A DNA stretch of 64,000 nucleotides from Octopus vulgaris (lineage: Eukaryota), in the NCBI GenBank assembly GCA_951406725.2, contig OX597823.1, forward strand, positions 111,166,001 to 111,230,000. The letters are read 5' to 3'. Each line of letters opens with the position of its first letter. The first letter of the stretch is position 1. The notes beneath the pieces are model-generated. The model was not told where the DNA came from. It did not search any database and saw only the letters and a list, made by a program, of their open reading frames with translations. Of the stretch, positions 13,085 through 24,090 are shown piece by piece. A program made the translations under genes and the position numbers.

Positions 13085-13426
13085 TACATGTATGTATAAA
13101 CCATCCTCATTAACATTATCATTATTGTCATCATCATCATCGTCATCATTATCATCACCTTCTGTTGAAATCTATATTCAATGCTGGCATGGACTGGGTG
13201 GCTTGACAGGATTCAAGGTGTCCACTAACAGCGTCATGTTCCAATGTTTCCTCGTAGCATGGTTTCTATGGTGAAATGTCCTTCATATCAACCACTTTAC
13301 ACCGAATTGTCTTTTATGACACTAACACTAATGAAGTCATCATGCAGCTAGACGATGTTGGGCCACAGTAGAGAAGGAGGAAGCTCTATGCTATAGAGAA
13401 GGAACCAAAACAGATCAGGTTTCTTG

Positions 13427-14204
13427 CTCTCTCTTCATTTCCACATGTCTCTTGGCTTCTTCTATTCTTTTGATTACCTTGGTTTGTTCTCCTAGGCCAT
13501 TGTGGCTTAATATCATCTTACATTCCTTCAAGAAAGCTGAAGAATCTGGGAAAGAACTATGCATTAATGTTTCTTCAGATGTTCCAGGAATGACCAAAGG
13601 ATCACTTGTTGAATAAAAGTTACCCAATGAAGATTCCCTTCATAAGATAGTGGCAGAAAATTGATGAAACACTCACCAGACCTCTAACAAAGTCGTTTTG
13701 CTTGATCTAAAACATATACAAATTTTACTTGATAGCTTCAAGATGGCTTTAAGTTCACATGTAAGACAAAAGTATAAGTGATCAGATTTTGACAGTAACT
13801 ACAATGTTATTACTATCATCAAGCACTAATGTCAGAAGTAACTTTAACATCCTGGCTCTTGACTTCTTTCAATTGTTATTCAATTCTGATACAGCATAAA
13901 TATGGTTTCAGTAAAATCAGTCATCTATGACTCCTTAATTCCATTGTTGCCCACTTCACAACCTGCAGTGAGTACATAATTTAAGTATTAAGAATTTTGA
14001 CACTACCTTTTTCTTTTGTTTTCTTTTCCCCCTCTCTCTTCATTTCCACATGTCTCTTGGCTTCTTCAATTCTTTTGATTACCTTGGTTTGTTTCACCTA
14101 GGACATTGTGGCTTAATATCATCTTACATTCCTTCAAGAAAGCTGAAGAATCTGGGAAAGAACTATGCATTAATGTTTCTTCAGATGTTCCAGGAATGAC
14201 CAAA
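13427..14204. repeat. 172-bp near-identical direct repeats (13427-13598 and 14032-14204) around a ~433-bp unique core
   Basis: CTCTCTCTTCATTTCCACATGTCTC...GTTCCAGGAATGACCAAA occurs twice with only a few differences. Confidence 0.95.
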
Positions 14205-14528
14205 CCTTCTATATTATCTTAAACAACATCCTACCACTTTTAAAGTAATAGGATGCAGTTTAGCAGGGATTTAGTTACTATTTCTAGCAGCTGAGCAACT
14301 ACATAGATGTTCCCTTGTTCGCCCATTTTTTATTTAGTTGTTTAGTGAGAAACAGACACACATTGATGACTATCTGCGAAGAGCCAACCCTTTCATCTAT
14401 CACCAACAAGGACATAATCATGCCCTACCTCTTTAAAAAGGTACAATGAAAGTATAAGCATAGAAAAGCTGTGTCTAAATTAAAGCCAAGGTGGTCCAAG
14501 CCAGAATGCTCTGACCACAAGTCTGTCT

Positions 14529-14760
14529 TATTTCTTTACTGCCCACAAGGGGCTAAACATAGAGGGGACAAACAAGGACAGACAAAGGGATTAAGTCAAT
14601 TACATCGACCCCAGTGTGCAACTGGTACTTAATTTATCAACCCCAAAACTATGAAAGGCAAAGTCGACCTCGGCAGAATTTGAACTCAGAACATAACGGC
14701 AGACGAAATATCGCTAATCATTTCACCCAGCACGCTAATATTTCTGCCAGCTCGCCGCTT
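14529..14760 (-). mobile_element. SINE family A monomer
   Basis: Full head and body; TSD AGTCTGTCT. Confidence 0.9.
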
Positions 14761-14929
14761 TACCAGTCTGTCTGAACAGAGATGACATGTGGTTTAACAA
14801 CAATATCCTCATGTTTGTCATAAACACTATATATATGTATATATATATATAGTTGAAGCATGTTGATCATCTGGAAAACTCTCCTAATCATTTCTAGAAA
14901 CACCACAATAATTAGCAAAAATTCAAGCT

Positions 14930-14932
<3 letters not shown>

Positions 14933-14961
<29 letters not shown>

Positions 14962-15100
14962 GTTTAACGTCTGCTTTCCATGCTAGCCTGGGTTAGACAG
15001 TTCAACCGGGGTCTGAGAAGCCAGGAGGCTGCACCAGGCCCAGTCTGATCTGGCAGTGTTTCTACAGCTGGATACCCTTCCTAACGCCAACCACTCCATG
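14933..15100 (-). mobile_element. RTE-LINE-type 3' tail (family C)
   Basis: (CAT)n-CGTTTAACGTC...CCCTTCCTAACGCCAACCACTCC. Confidence 0.9.
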
Positions 15101-15126
15101 AGTATATATATGTATATATATGTATG

Positions 15127-15160
<34 letters not shown>

Positions 15161-16030
15161 TGTATGTATGTATGTATGTATTTATGTATGTATGTATGTA
15201 TGTATGTATGTATGTATGTATGTATGTATGTGTGAGTGTGTTTGTGTCTGTCTGTGTGCGTGAAGTATAGGTTGAACAATTCGATAAATATTTGCACAAA
15301 TCCGTGTATCTAACAAAAAACTGATCAGCAGTTCAAAGTTTTTGTTGCTCCCTCAAAGATGCCACAAAATTTTCCATCCCATATATGCTGCTTATCAATG
15401 CCAGAATTTCATTCGCATAACTTGGGTTGGAAATCACAACTTGTCCTCTTAACTGAAAGATTTCAATGTTCTAATCACTCAGCCACCAAAAGAGGTAAGT
15501 GAAGAAACCATTCTAAGTGTAGTCTAGCAGAAATATAATCAAAAGATGAAGTTGATGGTCTGAAGAACATAAATATTACTAATAACGCCAGCCACTTTGT
15601 GTGTATATGATGATAAATGGTGAAAGATGCTGCAGGACGACAGCAACAGAAATTTGATTATTGTTGTTGACAGAATACATTTCATTTCATATTGGCTGAA
15701 GTTGATGTTGTTGCTGCTGCTGCTGCTGTTGTTGTTGTTGCTGCTGTTTAGTCCCAGTTCATCTCTGATCAAATAGACCTATGATCAAAGCATACCAACC
15801 TTGACTGTCCTGTCTTCTTAATGGTAGCAACGACTACGTTGTCCAATGTTTTGTTTCAATAGGATGGAATAGTATGGTCTGAAGAAGATCTAGCAGTTAT
15901 TTCTAGCAAATCAGGTGACTACATTGAGACTTCTTTCAGGTACAATGATATCTTGGGTTTATTTATTCTTGGATTTTCTATACATATTCTGAACTTTTTC
16001 CTAATAAATAGAAATATATATATAAAAGTG

Positions 16031-16325
16031 TGGAGGCACATGGCCTAGTGGTTAGAACAGTGGATTTGCGGTTGAGGGATTGTGGTTTCGAATCTCGGAC
16101 TGTGCGATGTGTGTGTTTATGAGCGAAACACCTAAGCGCCATGTGGCTCCAGCAGAAGGTAATGGTGAACTTCTGCTGACTCTCTTGCCACAACTTTCTC
16201 TCACTCTTTCCTCCTACATCTTGCAGCTCACCTGCAACAGACCGGCATCCCATTCAGATGGGGAACCTATTCACCAAGGAAACTGGGAAATCGGCCCTTA
16301 TGAGCCAGGCATGGCTCGAGAAGAA
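16031..16325 (+). mobile_element. SINE family E (tRNA-Arg-like head)
   Basis: GGAGGCACATGGCCTAGTGGTTAG..GGTTTCGAATCTC; shares head and body with 29018-29335 but has a different tail. Confidence 0.8.
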
Positions 16326-17408
16326 ACAAAAAATATATATAAAAAGTAATAAGGATATTTAATCTCAGAATAATTATTTAATCTCAGAAATATTTAACCT
16401 TGAAAGGTTACCATCTTCACTCTGATCTTCATAAATGTAAGGACAGTTTGAAGATATTAGGAAAAATATTCAACTGTGAACCAAACGATATTATGGACTC
16501 ATATCACAAAAATGCTGTCCTGTCGTTTTGAACAGTTACATAGATTATGAAACACAGCAAAAACATTCAGAAAAAGAAATGATGTGTTGTGACGTTCATG
16601 ACATCCCTTGAGTGATCTTAAAGTGATTAAATTAATTAGAAGTAGGAATAAAATCTAGGTTCCTGGAGTTCTTGAAGTTCATGTCAGCAAACCACATGAT
16701 GTAAATCTCTGATCAAAAGATGTTTCACAGATGAGAATCTCATATAATTTTTCTGAGATACTTTCCTCAGATAACATAATCTACTATCCTTTACTTGAGA
16801 TAACGATATATGGTTGGAAGGAGACCTTGGGGCTATTAAAAAGGGGAGTGGCAGCAAAGAACTTTTCATTGGTTCATCAAAACTAAGTTGGGGCCCAAAG
16901 TGGTGAACTGATAACACTGCAGCTTCTGCAAAGAGCTCAAGACTAATAGTTCCAACATTTGTGAAATACATTGATTAATAAATTATAGTGAGTTAGTGTT
17001 AACTAACTCATCATTTGATAGTTTGAAGATTTTCTAATTATACATATGTACTGGAGCGAGACCTCACCTGCATCCATTTGCCATGTGTAAGATCACAACA
17101 AGGCTTGCGATGGAAACTATATAAAGGGAAAACCCGATTCAAATCTCTCATTTTGGTGCCACCTCACAGCAACACTGGCTGAGGCATTTTGCCTGTCTAT
17201 CTTCAGAGGCAATGCACCCACACTAATAGAGCTACTACATAACGCACACAGCTAAGGATGGTAGCTGAGAGCAGCACACTTCACCTGTCCTGTAAGTAAA
17301 CCGGTTGAAAATAGCATTTGTACTTGAATCTTTCTCTCTTTGCCTGCCAGGAGCCTGAACTACACGAGGAAATAAAGGATGATGGAAGAAGACGACATTC
17401 TTCCGATA

Positions 17409-17640
17409 GGGTGGCGAGCTGGCAGAAACGTTAGCAACCCGGGCGAAATGCGTAGCCGTATTTCGTCTGCCGTTATGTTCTGAGTTCAAATTCCGCCGAG
17501 GTCGACTTTGCCTTTCAACCTTTCGGGGTTGATAAATTAAGTACCAGTTATGCACTGGGGTCGATGTAATCGACTTAATCCATTTGTCTGTTCTTGTTTG
17601 TCCTCTCTGTGTTTAGCCCCTTGTGGGTAGTAAAGAAACA
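17409..17640 (+). mobile_element. SINE family A monomer, full length
   Basis: GGTGGCGAGCTGGCAGAAACG...AGTAAAGAAACA; TSD ATTCTTCCGATA. Confidence 0.95.
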
Positions 17641-18343
17641 GATATTCTTCCGATATCGTAAACCTTGCCTTCCATTATTAAAAAATGTTCAGGGGCCCAG
17701 GATTGTGAAGTAATTTAGGGCATTCAGTGTGGGAAATGTGCTTCTGAAAAAAGGTGTATTTATACAAATTCTCTTTGAAACTGTGTGATACCATTCTTAG
17801 GTGTATCACCGATAATTTTCATTTACACTCGTGAAATTTCATGCCTAAATTAATATCATTAACAATATAGATATAAATGTTTAGCGATATCTATGTATAT
17901 AAAACCATACATTTATACACAGACATATAAAATTTTATATATGTGTGTATATGTATGTATACAAGCATGTATGTGTGTTTGCATTTATGTTTGCATGAAT
18001 TTATCAATAGTTTTTACAAATATTGAATAGACAGGCAAACAGGAAGAGTAATATTTTGGATAACAAAAGTTTAAAAAATATAAAACCAATATTTATGAAA
18101 TGGAACCGGAAAAAATAGAAATCGTATGAAATATATATTTTAATTAAATTTCATTTTTATTTAGTTGACATAAACAATAAAAGAAAAAAATATAGCATCA
18201 AATATATTTCTCTGAAACATAGATATGTAGACATTCTTAGATATATGTCATACACATCAATGTATTTTCATATAAGATATACTTGTGTCAGCTAAGTATA
18301 TATATATTCCTGTTGCTAAGACTCTTTGTGCATATATATAGAG

Positions 18344-18392
<49 letters not shown>

Positions 18393-19184
18393 TATATATA
18401 CATATGTATACACTTGTAAACATATACATAATATATATACATATATACATATATATATAGAGACATATATATACATATATATAGACATATATATACATAA
18501 TATATATATATAGAAACATATATATACACATAAACAGGTATATGCATATATACATACATAAACACACACATATATATATATATATATATACATACGCATG
18601 TATGTGTACAGTAAAAAAAAACTTCAAGATGATATTTTAAGAATAATTAAGAAAGAAATGTAAACATTAAAAGCTGTGTCAGAATCAATTATATTCTGTC
18701 TGCCATATATCAGTACTTTGTCTGAATATATGTGTGTGTCAGTGTGTCCATATGTGTATGTGTATATATATAAGTATGTGTGTGTGTGTTGTTAAAATCT
18801 CACTGATCATTAGCGTGAATATTTATGTGTTTATTGATTGAATTAGTTGCATCTTCCTTTGACATGGTTGTTTATTACCAAGAGTTATTATAAACTGTTT
18901 TATTTTCAATATCCTGTTTGTTCATTTATTCTCCTAATTTCAACCTCATTCTTTTTTTTCAGAATTTGCCATTTGTGTCTCAATTCAAAAATGATTAATT
19001 GTATTTGACATTACTGCACTGCCCTACTCTCTCTCCCACTTTCTCCCCGCCTCTCTCTCTCTTTACATATATATTTACACATACATACATATACATATAC
19101 ATATATATAAATATATACATATATATATATGTATATATGTATATATGTATATCTATAACTGTCTATCTATCTATTTATATATAC

Positions 19185-19236
<52 letters not shown>

Positions 19237-19866
19237 ATATATATATGTATATATAAATAGACAGTTATAGATATACATATATATATACATATATATATAT
19301 ATGTATATATAAATAGATAGATAGACAGTTATAGATATACATATATGCATATATATATATATGTGTGTGTATGTATGTATATAAATGTATACACACGCAA
19401 GTAGACAATGACTATAGGAGAGATAAAATAGATTATTTTAATAGATAATTGATTGATAGATACATATGGATACAAGTATCGTTCATTAATTTTTATGTCT
19501 GTTTTTCTGAGCTAGAAAATATGAGACAACTATATTGTTGTAACATTGTTTTACAGCCAGATGCCCCATTTTTTGCCATCTTCTATCTGGTTTCCAAGAG
19601 AGGGTCTTTTATTTGATATGCCTTTTGTGCCATGAAGCTAGCGAACAAAGTGTTCACAAGAGAAACAACAACGCTTATAGCCTTTGTTAAATATATTTAT
19701 TTATATATTTAAATATTTATTTATATGTCTGCCAATATATGTAGCCGTGTATATGTATATATTTATATACATACATACGCATATATAAATAAATGCATAT
19801 ATGTAAATACATACATGTATATGTATATATATAAATATTTGTTTTCATGTTGAGTTATAATAAAAC

Positions 19867-20216
19867 ATGGTTGTATACTGTCAATCTAACGTGAACGTGA
19901 CAGTAGGGGGTTACACCACCGCTGTTTAGCCCTAGGAAGCATCGACGCCTCCTGATGGCTTTGACACTATTTTCCTGTGTCCTTGTATACATTTACAAAG
20001 GGGAAACAAACACCCCCAGCAGCCAGGCCTGCATCTAGAGACACGCATGTTTCAGGACATTGTCCTTCATCGGTCTAGAGTAACAGACGCATGTATATAA
20101 GGACACAGGAAAAATGTGTCAAAGCCATCAGGAGGCGCCGATGCTTCCTAGGGCTAAACAGCGGTGGTGTAACCCCCTACTGTCACGTTCACGTTAGATT
20201 GACAGTATACAACCAT
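19867..20216. repeat. Long inverted repeat, 126-bp arms (19867-19992 / 20091-20216), 98-bp spacer
   Basis: ATGGTTGTATACTGTCAATCTAACGTGAACGTGACAGTAGGGGGTTACACCACC... and its reverse complement, with only about 4 differences. Confidence 0.97.
20034..20079 (-). ncRNA. Type I hammerhead ribozyme (U4C core variant) in the spacer of the inverted repeat
   Basis: UCUAGA-CCGAUGA-AGGAC(AAU)GUCCU-GAA-ACA(UGCG)UGU-C-UCUAGA: 6-bp stem I, 5-bp stem II, 3-bp stem III, GUC cleavage triplet. Confidence 0.85.
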
Positions 20217-20807
20217 TCTATCGCCCCACCACCATACATATCTCTATGAGAGATTTAGAAATTTAATATTTCTGATATAATAAAACAGTTTCACATTAAT
20301 ATGAATGGTTACTCTATACTTTTGTAGTGTACAAATTTCTTCTTCTTCAACAAGAATATTATTGACAGGGACTTTGAAGTTTCAACCACCAAACTCAAAG
20401 CACACACACACACACATTATGTATATTTTCGTATGTTCCGTTCCCATCTCTATCATTTGTATTATATACTCAATGAACAGCGAAGAATTTCCTGAGGTAG
20501 ATCCAGCAACACTTGTGTAAATGCCATGGATGATGTCAGGTGGCCAGAGGCAGTGAACGTGTTACCTCAGCTTACTACTAGGAACATACCCATTACTTAA
20601 ATATGTACTTCCTTACACATTCATGCATACATTCATACATACATACACACATACATACACACATACATACATACATACATACATACATACATACATTTAG
20701 TATGAGATCCTGATATTCTCTATATAGAAGACACTTAGTAATGCTCAAAAGATTCAATCTTAGATGCTGATTTATATATATAAATATATATATATATCAT
20801 CCTCATC

Positions 20808-21250
20808 ATCATCGTTTAACGTCCGCTTTCCATGCTAGCATGGGTTGGACAGTTTGTCTGAGGACTGGTGAACCAGATGGCTGCACCAGGCCCCAATCTG
20901 ATCTAGCAGAGTTTCTACAGCTGGATGCCCTTCCTAATGCCAACCACTCTGAGAGTGTAGTGGGTGCTTTTACATGCCACCAGTACGAGAGCCAGCAAGG
21001 TGGTACTAGCAACAGCCATGCTCAAAGGGTGTTTCTTATGTGCCACCTGCACAGAAGCCAGTCCAGCAACACTGGCAAGGACCACGCTCGAATGTCTTTT
21101 CCCGTACCACCGGCACAATTGCCAGTAAGGTGACGCTGGTAACAATTACGCTCGAATGGTGCTTTTAACATGCCACCAGTATGGAAGCCAGTCAGCTGCT
21201 CTGGCAACGACCACGCCCAGATGGTGCTCTTAGCACTCCACTAGCACTGA
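20808..21250 (-). mobile_element. RTE-LINE-type 3' tail (family C) with internal ~60-bp tandem subrepeats
   Basis: Family C terminus plus repeated GGTGCTTTT(T)ACATGCCACC.G units. Confidence 0.9.
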
Positions 21251-21304
21251 TGCCAATCATTGAAATTGATTTCGATTTCACTTGCCTCAATAATATTACT
21301 CTAT

Positions 21305-21506
21305 TACTCTTTTACTTGTTTCAGTCATTTGACTGTGGCCATGCTGGAGCACTGCCTTTAGTCAAACAAATTGACTCCATGACTTTATCTTTGTAAGTCT
21401 AGTACTTATTCTATCGATCATTTTTACTGAGCTTCTAAGTTGTGGGAACATAAACACACCAGCATCGGTTGTCAAAGTGATAGTGAGAGGACAAACACGG
21501 ACAAAC
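21305..21506 (-). mobile_element. SINE family B, 3' half (head remnant at about 22165-22325)
   Basis: TACTCTTTTACTTGTTTCAGTCATTTGACTGTGGCCATGCTGGAGCAC... Confidence 0.85.
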
Positions 21507-21512
21507 ACATGC

Positions 21513-21558
<46 letters not shown>

Positions 21559-21669
21559 TTATCTATCTATCTATTTATCTATCTGTCTATCTCTTTCTCT
21601 CTCTCTCACTATATATATATATATATATGTATCTGTAATTGTAATATGTGACAATTATTCGGTAGCCAT

Positions 21670-21730
21670 GATAAAACTCCGAATTTTGGATGGCGAGGTG
21701 GAAATCCACACCGCCATCTCTTCAGTTATC
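21670..21730 (-). ncRNA. Type I hammerhead ribozyme with long stem II (G12 decayed)
   Basis: GAUAA-CUGAAGA-GAUGGCG..GUGGA(UU)UCCAC..CGCCAUC-C-AAAA-UUCGGAGU-U-UUAUC; the opposite arm keeps CGAAACUCGGAGUU. Confidence 0.75.
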
Positions 21731-21731
21731 T

Positions 21732-21795
21732 GATCATCAGAAAAATGCTGGTGGCATGGATTTTCACCTCAGCATCCGAAACTCGGAGTTTTATC
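21732..21795 (+). ncRNA. Second hammerhead copy (5' core box degenerate)
   Basis: CAGAAAA-AUGCUG...CAGCAUC-C-GAAA-CUC(G)GAGU-U-UUAUC. Confidence 0.6.
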
Positions 21796-21929
21796 ACGGC
21801 TAGCGAGTAATTGTCACATATTACATTTACAGATAAATTCCTCTGTTTACATAATATCGAGGTCTCTTTCTTTCTTTTGTTGTCTTACCATTTTTATCAA
21901 TATATATATATATAGATATATATATATAT

Positions 21930-22160
21930 ATTTCTTGATTGACCACAAGGAGCTTAACATAGAGAGGACAAACAAGGACAGACAAACGGATAAATCGATT
22001 ACATCGACCCCAGTGCGAAACTGGTACTTTATTTATCGACCCCAAAGGGATGAAAGGCAAAGTTGACCTCGGCGGAATTTGAACTCAGAACGTAACGGCA
22101 GACGAAATACTGCTAAGCATTTCGCCCAGCACGCTAACGTTTCTGCCAGCTCGCCACCTT
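21930..22160 (-). mobile_element. SINE family A monomer
   Basis: Full head and body in reverse. Confidence 0.9.
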
Positions 22161-22563
22161 TATATATATATATGTAAGATGGGCTTCTCTCAGTTTCCAC
22201 CTACCAAATCCACTCACAAGGCTTTGGTCATCCTGAGACTGTAGTGGAAGCCATTGCTTAACATGCAGGTCAGTGGGGTTGAATCATAAGCCATTTGTTT
22301 GAAAAGCGTGTTTCCTAATGAAAGAGACTCTCTTGCATCTATTTTGTATATTTGTGTGTGTGTATGTGTGTGTGTGTATGTGTGTGTGTGTGTTTTCGTG
22401 ATAAAAACACATACAAGCATATATGTGTTCTCCCAGACAAACACACACACATTCATACATTCGCATACAAATGCAAAAATGTACACACTCACGTTTATGA
22501 ATTATTCATATGTGCATGCCTATAGATTCATCTTAAACATGTTCCCACAGGTACATGTATATA

Positions 22564-22796
22564 TATTTCTTTATTGCCCACAAGGGGCTAAACATAGAGG
22601 GGACAAACAAGGACAGACAAAGGGATTTAGTCGATTACATCGACCCCAGTGCGTAACTGGTACTTTATTTATCGACCCTGAAAGGATGAATAGCAAAGTC
22701 GACCTCGACGGAATTTGAACTCAGAACATAACGGCAGACGAAATACTGCTAAGCATTTCGCCTGGTGTGCTAACGTTTCTGCCAGCTCGCCGCCTT
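22564..22796 (-). mobile_element. SINE family A monomer
   Basis: Full head and body; TSD GTACATGTATATA. Confidence 0.92.
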
Positions 22797-23703
22797 ATAC
22801 ATGTACATGTATATAGCAGGCACTAATGCACTCATATTCAGGCATGCACACACATGCACATACATATACATACACTCATACCAGTGATAACACATATGCA
22901 GCTGATGCATGCACCTACCCATTGACCCATGTGAGTACTCACATGTGGCTGATATGCAACTGTGCCCACACATTCATATGCCCAACCAAATACTCATGCA
23001 TGCATCAAGCAGCTAATGCCATTAGCCCTCACCTACATGCAAACTCACGAACCACACGCTACCATACATACATACATCCCCTGTACACACATGCATAGAC
23101 ATCAGACACCAATAGCCGTACGGTCATATATCTGGTGTACGCACATACCCTCACTGGCCATGCTTCTATCTGCCTCCAAGCTCCTTCAAAGGCAGGCCAG
23201 ACCCTGAAGTGCCACCTTTCTGGTCAGTCACATGATCAATCTGGTCAGTCACATGGTCAGTCACATGGGCCAAGAAATTCTTCTTTCTTATGCATCTGGT
23301 GCCATTGAAATGTTGATTTCACTTCTAGCAACACCATGTGACCCACCTTGACCAATAGCAGTCCAGTTTCCTCTAGCCACCTTGGAATTCCTGTATCTCT
23401 TCATTCGGAAAACTAAGCCTGAATGAGCAAGGTTTCTGCAAGACCTCCAACTAGTTTTATAAAATATCACTAATTCCATCAAATGTAGTTTGAGAAAACA
23501 GATTAAATTTAGAATTTAAACATGGAAATATACAGATATTAATTCACTACAGTTTATATAAATGTGCTGAAGACATTTGGGACAATTAGCTAATGTTGTG
23601 GAAATGTCAGAAAAAATATACATAGGTACTTTTTTGGTTTCATGATAATAGCATGAAGGATAAAATGATAAAAGGTCATAGTACAAGAAAATCAATTAAG
23701 CAT

Positions 23704-24090
23704 TGGAGTGGCTGTGTGGTAAGTACCTTCCTTACCAACAACATGGTTCCAGGTTCAGTCCCACTGCGTGGCACCTTGGGCAAGTGTCTTCTACTATAGC
23801 CTCAGGCCGATCAAAGCCTTGTGAGTGGCTTTGGTAGACGGAAACTGAAAGAAGCCTGTCGTATATATGTATATATGTGTATCTGTTTGTGTGTCGGTCC
23901 CCCCAACATTGTTTGACAACCGATGCTGGTGTGTTTACATCCCCATAATTTAACGGTTCGTCAAAAGAGACCGATAGAATAAGTACTAGGCTTACAAAGA
24001 ATAAGTCCTGGGGTTGATTTGCTCGACTAAAAGGCGGTGCTCCAGCATGGCCACAGTCAAATGACTGAAACAAGTAAAAGAGTTAAAAGA
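23704..24090 (+). mobile_element. SINE family B, full length
   Basis: Same head, domain and tail as 9958-10350. Confidence 0.92.

Larger units (their letters stand above)
21631..21834. repeat. Inverted repeat made of two head-to-head hammerhead-bearing units
   Basis: ATCTGTAATTGTAATATGTGACAATTA... is mirrored by ...TAATTGTCACATATTACATTTACAGAT; arms about 85-95 bp. Confidence 0.93.

Noticed and set aside
17205-17410. Apparent plus-strand exon pair (cttcag|...|gtaagt, ctgccag|GAGCCT...)
   Set aside because: The first exon has stops in all three frames, and the second is interrupted by a SINE.
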